Shown here piece after piece: positions 18,451-25,625 of a DNA stretch of 64,000 bases (position 1 is its first letter; the number at the start of each line of letters is the position of its first letter). The DNA is from Bosea thiooxidans (lineage in GTDB: Bacteria; Pseudomonadota; Alphaproteobacteria; Rhizobiales; Beijerinckiaceae). The notes under the pieces are model-generated. The model had not been told where the DNA came from, searched no databases, and saw only the letters and a program-made list of their open reading frames with translations. The stretch spans positions 4,936 to 68,935 of the forward strand of contig CALRYW010000007.1 of NCBI GenBank assembly GCA_943372485.1. Reading direction: 5' to 3'. Made by a program: the position numbers and the translations under genes.

Positions 18451-19559
18451 GCCGCGGCCGAGCCTCCGAGCGACAGGATGTGGCGGCAGATCCGCGCCGT
18501 GCTGCCGCCATGGCCGAGGCTGGCGAGCGCCGGCGCGATCAGCCGCAGCGCCTCGGTCTCGGGCCTGTAGCCGGGATCGGCGGCGAGCGGCGTCAGCCAG
18601 TCGATACGGTGGGCGCGGGCGGCCAGTCTTTCGACGGCCGACACCAGCGCGGCCGGGTCGCCGCGCTCCAGCCCGTCCGACAGTACCACGACCACGGCGC
18701 CACGGGCGTAAGAGGCAAAGCGCGGCATGGCGAGGAAGGCCTGCAGCGCATCGCCGATGCGGGTGCCGCCGTCCCAGTCGGCAACGAGGCCGGACGCTTC
18801 GGCGAGCGCCTGCTCGCGACGCCGGCGGCGCAGTGCGCGTGTCACCCGCGTCAGCCTGGTGCCGAAGGTAAAGACCTCCGCCCGCGGCGCCGCCTGCACC
18901 ACCGCATGAGCCAGGGCGAGATTGGCGTCGCTGCGCTGCTTCATCGAGCCGGAGACGTCGATCAGCAGCAGGATCGGCCGGGGCCGCGGGACGCGCCTGA
19001 GCTTCTTCAGGCTCATCACCTCGCCATCATGGCGGATTGCGGCGCGCAGGCTGCGGGCGAGATCGACGCTCGCCCCCCGCCGGGCGCCGCGATGGCGGTA
19101 GCCGCGGCGGCGGGGCAGGGCGGCCGGCAGCGCCCGGGCAAAGCGGCGCAGGGTCTCGGCTTCGTCGAGCGGCTTCAGCGCCCGGACCGACAGGGCCTCC
19201 GCCCCCGTTGCAGCCTGACCGGTCTCGTTGACCTCCTCGCCGATCAGGATCTCGCGCGAGCCGGAATCCTCCTGGACCGCCATCTCCTCGTCGGGCGCGA
19301 AGTCGTCGTCGCCGGGTTCGGCGACGGCGCCGAGGAAATGCAGGTCGAACAGCGCATCGAACCGGTCGCGCTGTTCGGGATGGGGCGCGAACGTCGCCAC
19401 CGCCGCTTTGCGGATATGCTCGATGCTGCGCGGCCCGAGCAGCTCGACCGCCATCAGGAAGCTCGTCGTCTGCTCGGGCGCGACCGAGAAGCCATGGCCG
19501 CGCAGCAACGTTGGGAAGGCGACGAACAGGCGTGCAGCGGCAGGGAGCGGGGCGATCAT
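18447..19559 (-). CDS. CoxE-like VWA-domain protein
   Basis: LLIDVSGSM MIDAS, FTFGTRLTRVT, WDGGTRIG, VLSDGLERG. Confidence 0.9.
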   Translation of the reverse strand: MIAPLPAAARLFVAFPTLLRGHGFSVAPEQTTSFLMAVELLGPRSIEHIRKAAVATFAPHPEQRDRFDALFDLHFLGAVAEPGDDDFAPDEEMAVQEDSGSREILIGEEVNETGQAATGAEALSVRALKPLDEAETLRRFARALPAALPRRRGYRHRGARRGASVDLARSLRAAIRHDGEVMSLKKLRRVPRPRPILLLIDVSGSMKQRSDANLALAHAVVQAAPRAEVFTFGTRLTRVTRALRRRRREQALAEASGLVADWDGGTRIGDALQAFLAMPRFASYARGAVVVVLSDGLERGDPAALVSAVERLAARAHRIDWLTPLAADPGYRPETEALRLIAPALASLGHGGSTARICRHILSLGGSAAA

Positions 19560-19572
19560 GGCCGCCTCCAGC

Positions 19573-19662
19573 CGTCATTGCGAGGAGCGCCAGCGACGAA
19601 GCAATCCAGGGGGGCGTCGAGCACGGCCGCCCCTGGATTGCTTCGTTGCGCCCGCAATGACG
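19573..19662. repeat. Rhizobial REP/RIME-like palindromic intergenic element
   Basis: Nested inverted repeats: CGTCATTGCG (19573-19582) / CGCAATGACG (19653-19662) and CGAAGCAATCCAGGGG (19597-19612) / CCCCTGGATTGCTTCG (19630-19645). Confidence 0.85.
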
Positions 19663-19671
19663 ATTGAATGC

Positions 19672-20556
19672 TCATGCCGCCAGCCCCGGGATGATCGCCG
19701 GCAGACGGGGACGCAGATGGACGAAATCCTCCTCGTCCTTGATTGCGGCACCCAGCGAGCGACGGAACGCCTCCGGCCAGGGCGCTCCGGCCCGGGCGAG
19801 CGCGGTCGCGGCCTCCGCCCAGTCGACGGCCTCGGCCACGCCCGGCGGCTTGGCCAGTGGCTCCTGCCTCAGGAGCCCGATGGCCTGGACGACGGCGCGC
19901 GCCGTGCCCTCGGCGACGGCCGAGGAGCGCATCATGATGATCTGCGCTTCGCGCTCGGGCTCGGGATAGGCGATGTAGTGGTAGACGCAGCGGCGCCGCA
20001 GCGCCTCGTGCAGCTCCCGCGTACGGTTCGAGGTCAGCACCACGACCGGCCGCTCGGCGGCGCGCAGGGTGCCGCGCTCGGGGATCGAGATCGAAAAGTC
20101 GGACAGGAATTCGAGCAGGAAGGCCTCGAATTCATGGTCCGAGCGATCGATTTCGTCGATCAGCAGCACGGTCGATTCCGGCCGCCGCAGGGCTGTCAAC
20201 ATCGGACGCTCGATCAGGAAGTCGTCTCGATAGATGTCGAGTGTCTCCCCTTCGCGGGCTTGCCTGATGGCCAGCATCTGGCGCGGATAGTTCCACTCGT
20301 AGAGCGCGGCCGAGGCGTCGATGCCCTCGAAGCATTGCAGCCGGATCAGCTGGCGCCCGAGGATGCCGGCGATCGCCTTGGCGGCCTCGGTCTTGCCGAC
20401 GCCGGGCGCGCCCTCGAGCAGCAGGGGCTTGCCGAGGGCTAACGCGAGGTAGCCGGCCGTGGCGATGCCGTCATCGGCGAGATACATCGCGCCCGTCAGG
20501 GCCTGCGCGAGGTCCTCGGGGCTCGAGATTCCGGCGACGGTGGTGCGCAGCGCCAT
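19672..20556 (-). CDS. CoxD-like MoxR-family AAA+ ATPase
   Basis: LLEGAPGVGKT, LQCFEGIDASAALYEWNY, LLIDEIDRSD, TSNRTRELHEALRRRC. Confidence 0.92.
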   Translation of the reverse strand: MALRTTVAGISSPEDLAQALTGAMYLADDGIATAGYLALALGKPLLLEGAPGVGKTEAAKAIAGILGRQLIRLQCFEGIDASAALYEWNYPRQMLAIRQAREGETLDIYRDDFLIERPMLTALRRPESTVLLIDEIDRSDHEFEAFLLEFLSDFSISIPERGTLRAAERPVVVLTSNRTRELHEALRRRCVYHYIAYPEPEREAQIIMMRSSAVAEGTARAVVQAIGLLRQEPLAKPPGVAEAVDWAEAATALARAGAPWPEAFRRSLGAAIKDEEDFVHLRPRLPAIIPGLAA

Positions 20557-20560
20557 GCGA

Positions 20561-21604
20561 TCACCGCCAGGTCACGGGGCCGCCGCGGCGCGGGCCGGGC
20601 TTGACGCCGCCATTGGCCTTGAGGCCGCGCAGGATCTTCTCGGGCGTGATCGGCAGCTCGTCGACGCGCACGCCGACCGCGTTGTAGACGGCGTTGGCGA
20701 TCGCCGGCAGGACCGGATTGGCGCACATCTCGCCGGGCCCCTTGCCGCCATAGGGCCCGTCGGGCGCCGGGCGCTCCAGAACCGTGACGTGATAGGGCGC
20801 GATCTCGCCCGGCCCCGGCATCAGGTACTCGTTGAAGTCGCGCGGGCCATGGGCGGTGTCGGGATAATAGGGCTCGGGCGTCTCGTAGAGGGCGTGGCTC
20901 ATGCCCATCCAGGCCCCGCCGACGAGCTGCTGCTCGACCATGCGCGGATTGATTACCCGGCCGAGCTCATAGGCGCTGGTCATCCGGAGCACCTCGACCT
21001 CGCCGGTCTCGTCGTCGACGGCGACGTCGGCCACCAGGCAGGCATGGGCGAAGGCGGTGTTGGGGTTCATTTCGCCGGTTTCGGCATCCACCGCCGAGAG
21101 CGGGATCAGGAAGATGCCGCGCCCGGCGATGGTCTTGCCCTGCTTGAACTGCGCCGCCTGGGCGGTGGCCTTGACCGTGATCGAGCGCGAGGGCGCGCCG
21201 CGGACATGGATGTTGCCGCGCCCGTCGGTGACGAGGTCGCCGGCATCGACCTCGAGCTCCTCGGCCGCCGCCTCCAGCAGCACGCCGCGGGCCTCGCGCG
21301 CCGCGACGATGATGGCGTTGCCCATGCGATGCGTGCCGCGCGAGGCAAAAGAGCCCATGTCATGGGGGCCGGTGTCGCTGTCGGCAGTGTCGACATAGAC
21401 GTCCTCGACGGGCACGCCGAGCGTTTCCGCCGCGATCTGCCGCGAGACCTGCTTCATGCCCTGGCCGAGATCGATCGCCGAGAGCGCCACGGTGAACTTG
21501 CCGTCCGGGTTGGAATGGATCAGCGCCTGGCTCGGATCGCCGCCGAGATTCATCCCGATCGGGTAGTTGACGGACGCCATGCCGCGACCTTCGTGACGGG
21601 CCAT
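20561..21604 (-). CDS. Molybdenum hydroxylase, C-terminal ('medium') molybdopterin subunit
   Basis: Start trimmed to MARHEGRG; DLGQG, DMGSFASRGT, GQLVGG-like QQLVGGAWMG, GKGPGE with catalytic Glu, VDELPITPEKIL. Confidence 0.88.
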   Translation of the reverse strand: MARHEGRGMASVNYPIGMNLGGDPSQALIHSNPDGKFTVALSAIDLGQGMKQVSRQIAAETLGVPVEDVYVDTADSDTGPHDMGSFASRGTHRMGNAIIVAAREARGVLLEAAAEELEVDAGDLVTDGRGNIHVRGAPSRSITVKATAQAAQFKQGKTIAGRGIFLIPLSAVDAETGEMNPNTAFAHACLVADVAVDDETGEVEVLRMTSAYELGRVINPRMVEQQLVGGAWMGMSHALYETPEPYYPDTAHGPRDFNEYLMPGPGEIAPYHVTVLERPAPDGPYGGKGPGEMCANPVLPAIANAVYNAVGVRVDELPITPEKILRGLKANGGVKPGPRRGGPVTWR

Positions 21605-21605
21605 G

Positions 21606-23393
21606 TCAGCGCCTCCTGCCGAAGACGGATGAGAAGCGCACCGCGCCATGCTGGGTCTGCGCGGGTGCCGCCGGCGCCGGAGCTGGCGCGGGCGAAGGCG
21701 GCGTCGGGGGCGGCTGATAGGGTGGCGGCTGCTGGCCAGATACCGGCTGGTAGGGCGAGGGGGGCTGCGGCGGCGGAGAGGCCGGCTGCGCTGCGTAGGA
21801 CGGTGGCACGGCCGTTGCGGGGCGCGGCGCCTCGTAGCGCGGCACTTGCGTCGGTGCGGCACGCCCGTCGCGCGCGCCCTCCATCACCGGCTGCTTGCTC
21901 AAGGCGATGCGGGAGGTGCCGGCCGGCAGGGTCTGCGTCGGGCCTGAGTTGCGGCTGTCGGGCCGACCGATCTGGCCGCGCGCATCGAGCACGGTCGCTG
22001 GGATCTGCCCTCGCTCGCCGGCGCCGCCGCCGGTCAGGGACGACTGGCGCTGCGCCTGCTCGGAGATCGGCCAGTTCGCCTTCCCGGCCGCGACCTGGAC
22101 GCATTCGATCAGCGCCGTGTTCGAGGCCTTGCGCCGATGCGGCTTCATATCCCCATCGCGATAGGCGTTGAGGATCCGGAACTCCATCGGGTCCAGGCCG
22201 GCCGCTTCGGCCAGCCGGTCCATCTGGACCTCCAGCGCAAAATCCACCGCCGTAATGCCGAAGCCGCGCATGGCGGTGGAAGGGCAGCGATTGGTGTAGG
22301 CGACATGGACGTCGGAGGCGACGTTGGGGATCCAATAGGGGCCGGGTAGATGCGCTGTGCACTTGATCGCGGCATAGCTCGACAGCCGCGTATAGGCGCC
22401 GGCGTCGAAATAGCTGCGGATGTAGCGGGCGACGATGCGCCCATCGCGCATCAGCCCATCCTTGATGTAGATGCGCTCGGCCCCGCGCGGTGAGCCGGAG
22501 AGCATCTCCTCCTCGCGATCGAGCACGAAGCGGACCGGGCGCCCCGTCACCATCGCGCCCAGGACCGCCAGCGGCTCGGTCAGCGAGTCGACCTTGCCGC
22601 CGAAGCCGCCGCCGACCGTGCCGCCGATGAAATGCAGGCGGTTGGACTCGACCGCGACGATCTTCGCGGTGGTGCCGAGCGCGAAGAACAGACCCTGCGC
22701 GCAGGAATGGACGACGAAGCGGCCATTCTGCTCGGGCGCGGCGATCGAGCCGTTGGTCTCGGTCGGCGCATGCTCGATCGGTGACATCTGGTAGCGGTGC
22801 TCCAGCACCATGTCGGCGCCGGCAAAGGCGCGCTCGACATCGCCGAAGCGCAGCTTCTGATGGTCGAAGCGCTCGTGATACTCGAAGTAATTGGCGGGAT
22901 AGGTCTCGTTGACGACGGGCGCGCCGGGTTTGAGCGCCTCCTCGACATCGAAGACGGCGGGCATCGGCTCGTAGTCGATCCGGACCAGCGTCTTCGCCGC
23001 CAGCGCCTGCGCCTCGCTTTCGGCGATGATCGCGACGACGGGCTCGCCGACATAGTGCACCTTGTCGACCGCCAGCGAGGGCTCGTCGTCCTTGCCGAAA
23101 TTGATCAGGCTCAACAGCGTGTTCTTGTTCACCGGCACGTCCGCCGCGCGCAGCACGCGCTTCACGCCCGGCGCGCGCGCCGCGGCCGAGACGTCGATCG
23201 AGCGGATGCGGGCGCTGGCATGGGGGCTGCGCACCACCTTGAGATGCAGCAGGCCGTCGAAGCCATGATCGTCGAAATAGCGCGTCAGCCCGGTGACGTG
23301 ACCGGGCATGTCCTGACGCTGGATGCCCTTGCCGACGACGTTGAGATTGTCGTCGCGCTCGTCGGCGAAGAGGTCCTTGCGCATTTCCAGCAT
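21606..23393 (-). CDS. Molybdenum hydroxylase, N-terminal ('large') molybdopterin subunit with Pro-rich C-terminal tail
   Basis: Start trimmed to MLEMRKD; VVRSPHASARI, VGEPVVAIIA, GGGFGGK, DAGAY, AMRGFG; last ~100 aa are P/Q/A-rich. Confidence 0.88.
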   Translation of the reverse strand: MLEMRKDLFADERDDNLNVVGKGIQRQDMPGHVTGLTRYFDDHGFDGLLHLKVVRSPHASARIRSIDVSAAARAPGVKRVLRAADVPVNKNTLLSLINFGKDDEPSLAVDKVHYVGEPVVAIIAESEAQALAAKTLVRIDYEPMPAVFDVEEALKPGAPVVNETYPANYFEYHERFDHQKLRFGDVERAFAGADMVLEHRYQMSPIEHAPTETNGSIAAPEQNGRFVVHSCAQGLFFALGTTAKIVAVESNRLHFIGGTVGGGFGGKVDSLTEPLAVLGAMVTGRPVRFVLDREEEMLSGSPRGAERIYIKDGLMRDGRIVARYIRSYFDAGAYTRLSSYAAIKCTAHLPGPYWIPNVASDVHVAYTNRCPSTAMRGFGITAVDFALEVQMDRLAEAAGLDPMEFRILNAYRDGDMKPHRRKASNTALIECVQVAAGKANWPISEQAQRQSSLTGGGAGERGQIPATVLDARGQIGRPDSRNSGPTQTLPAGTSRIALSKQPVMEGARDGRAAPTQVPRYEAPRPATAVPPSYAAQPASPPPQPPSPYQPVSGQQPPPYQPPPTPPSPAPAPAPAAPAQTQHGAVRFSSVFGRRR

Positions 23394-23404
23394 GTTGGCC
23401 TCCC

Positions 23405-23887
23405 TCAGGCGCGGCGCAGGCCGGGCGAACCGGCGGCGGCGAGGATCGCGGCGACGATGGGTTCGTAGCCGGTGCAGCGGCAGATGTTGCCGCTGATCGC
23501 CTCGATGACCTCGTCGCGGGTGGGGTTGGGTTTTTTGTCGAGCAGGGCGCGCGCCGCCGTCAGCATGCCCGGCGTGCAGAACCCGCACTGCGCGGCGAAA
23601 TGCTCCATGAACTGCACCTGCAGCGGGTGCAGCTCGGGTCCATTGGCCATCCCGGAGGCCGTCTCGACCTGCCTGCCCTCGCAGGCGACCGAAAGCGTCA
23701 GGCAGGAGAGATGCGGCTCGCCATCGATCAGCACGGTGCAGACGCCGCAGGCTCCCTGGCCGCAGCCATATTTCGGGGCGAAGTCGCCCAGGCTCCGGCG
23801 CAGCGTGTCGAGCAGCGTCTCGGGCGCATCGACGAAGGCGGCGCGGTCGGTGCCGTTGAGGCGGAACTGGACGGGGATCTTGGCCAT
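23405..23887 (-). CDS. Molybdenum hydroxylase 2x[2Fe-2S] subunit
   Basis: KYGCGQGACGVCTV...SCL and QCGFCTPG...NICRCTGY. Confidence 0.95.
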   Translation of the reverse strand: MAKIPVQFRLNGTDRAAFVDAPETLLDTLRRSLGDFAPKYGCGQGACGVCTVLIDGEPHLSCLTLSVACEGRQVETASGMANGPELHPLQVQFMEHFAAQCGFCTPGMLTAARALLDKKPNPTRDEVIEAISGNICRCTGYEPIVAAILAAAGSPGLRRA

Positions 23888-23896
23888 GCGCGCTCC

Positions 23897-24718
23897 TCAG
23901 CGGGGCTCGCCGGCGAGCAGCCGGCCGAGATGGACGGGCAGCACCTCGCGGCGATACCACTCGCTGGCGATCGCATCGGTGGCCGGGCGGCAGCCTTCGA
24001 GCGCGGCCTGTTTTGCGGCGGCGATGGCCGCGGCATCGAGTGCCTTGCCCTCTAGGGACCGCTCGACGCCGCGCGCGCGGATCGGCGTCGGCGCCATCGC
24101 GCCATAGGCGACCCGCGCCTGGCTGACGCGCCCGCCCGCCTGCGGCAGATGCGCGGCGATCGACAGCACCGAAATCCCCTTCGGCTTGACCCGGCTGATC
24201 TTGCGGAAGTGGAAATCGCCGGGGCTGGCGGGTCGCGGGAACTGGATGGAGGCGACCAGCGCCGGCCCCATGCGCTCGCGGGCCGCCAGGAACTCCTCCA
24301 GCGGAGTCGCCCGCCCGGAACCGAAGCCAGACTGCACCACGACCTGTGCATCGAGCGCCAGCAGCGCCACGGTGAAATCGCCGTAAGGCGTGGGTGCGAA
24401 GAGATTGCCGCCGACACTCGCCATGTTGCGCACGGCCGGGCCGCCAATCGCACGGGCCGGCGCATGGAGAAAGGCGAGCTCGCGGCTGGCCAGGATCTGG
24501 CCCATCGTGACCCCGCCGCCGAACTCGATGCGGGCACCATGGGCCTCGATCCGCCGGAAGGCGGGATCGGTGACGCGCAGCAGCGTGCCCTCGGTCAGCC
24601 GGCCCTCGTTGACGTCGCGCATCACCAGCGTGCCGCCGCCGATCAGCACCGCCTGCCGGTCACCGGACAGGATGCCGGCGGCTTCGGAGAGCGTCGCGCA
24701 GCTTCTCACAGCGAGCAT
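23897..24718 (-). CDS. Molybdenum hydroxylase FAD-binding subunit
   Basis: LIGGGTLV, IGGPAVRNMASVGGNL, VAYGAMAPTPIRA, IASEWYR. Confidence 0.92.
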   Translation of the reverse strand: MLAVRSCATLSEAAGILSGDRQAVLIGGGTLVMRDVNEGRLTEGTLLRVTDPAFRRIEAHGARIEFGGGVTMGQILASRELAFLHAPARAIGGPAVRNMASVGGNLFAPTPYGDFTVALLALDAQVVVQSGFGSGRATPLEEFLAARERMGPALVASIQFPRPASPGDFHFRKISRVKPKGISVLSIAAHLPQAGGRVSQARVAYGAMAPTPIRARGVERSLEGKALDAAAIAAAKQAALEGCRPATDAIASEWYRREVLPVHLGRLLAGEPR

Positions 24719-24719
24719 G

Positions 24720-25172
24720 TCAGACCGCCTCCCCCGCGAGTTCCGGCAGGCGGCGTACCGCCTCGATGCCGTTGGTGTAGACCTCGTCGCCGACGATGCG
24801 GGCGAGCTCGGCCTCGCGGCCGCGGGGCGTGGTGAATCGGCTTTCCCAGTGCCAGAAGGCGCGGTTGCCGTCGGTCACCGGCAGCAGCCGGACATGGGCG
24901 ACGTAGTTGAAGAGCGGGATCGGCGTATCCAGCAGGCAGTAGCTGAAGGTCATTTCGAGGTCCGACAGCGTGAGGAGCTGCTCGCGCAGCTCGCTGCCGT
25001 CCTGCAGCCAGAAGCGGCGCACGCAGCCGATCCGGTCGGACGGGTGGCCGCGCTCGATCTCGCTCCTCGCGACGATCGGGTGCCAGCGGTCATGGCCGTT
25101 GAAGTCGCGCAGCACCGACCAGAGCAGGTCGACCGGCGCGTCGATGATCGTGCTGCGGACGACGTGAGGCAT
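24720..25172 (-). CDS. SRPBCC (Polyketide_cyc2 / MxaD / PYL-like) protein, copy 2
   Basis: LWSVLRDFNGHDRWHP, IGCVRRFWL, LREQLLTLSD, NYVAH. Confidence 0.88.
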   Translation of the reverse strand: MPHVVRSTIIDAPVDLLWSVLRDFNGHDRWHPIVARSEIERGHPSDRIGCVRRFWLQDGSELREQLLTLSDLEMTFSYCLLDTPIPLFNYVAHVRLLPVTDGNRAFWHWESRFTTPRGREAELARIVGDEVYTNGIEAVRRLPELAGEAV

Positions 25173-25175
25173 GCC

Positions 25176-25613
25176 TCATCCCCCGAATGCGCGCTTGAGG
25201 GCATCGAATCCGCCCTGGAAGACATTGGTGCCGATGCCCTCGACCAGCTCCGCCTCGCGCTCCGGCGCACAGTCGAAATCGGCCGACCATTCGATGAAGG
25301 TACGCTCCTGGTCGGTGATCGGCGTGAGCCGCAGCGTCGCAACGTAATTCGTCAGCGGCATCGGCGAATCCAGGATCGAGTAGGTGCAGAACATGTCGTA
25401 GTCGGAAAGGCCGAGCAGCTGCTCGCGCAGGCGATCGCCGCTGCGCAGCGAGAAGGCGCGGATGCAGCCGACCTTGTCGGCCGGCTCGCCGTTTTCGATC
25501 CGGCTTTCGGCGATACGCGGATGCCAGTTCGGCAGGCCGTTGAAATCGCGTACGCGGGCCCAGACCTTGGCGGCGGGGGCGGAGATGACGCTGGAGACGT
25601 AGACGCGGGCCAT
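25176..25613 (-). CDS. SRPBCC (Polyketide_cyc2 / MxaD / PYL-like) protein, copy 1
   Basis: VWARVRDFNGLPNWHP, VGCIRAFSL, LREQLLGLSD, NYVAT; clearly paralogous to its neighbour. Confidence 0.88.
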   Translation of the reverse strand: MARVYVSSVISAPAAKVWARVRDFNGLPNWHPRIAESRIENGEPADKVGCIRAFSLRSGDRLREQLLGLSDYDMFCTYSILDSPMPLTNYVATLRLTPITDQERTFIEWSADFDCAPEREAELVEGIGTNVFQGGFDALKRAFGG

Positions 25614-25625
25614 GATGCTGCAGCC

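Noticed and set aside
18447-24718. Aerobic CO dehydrogenase (cox) cluster, suggested by coxD/coxE-like and SRPBCC genes
   Set aside because: The Mo subunit has AMRGFG rather than the AYxCSFR loop of form I CODH and is split into two chains.
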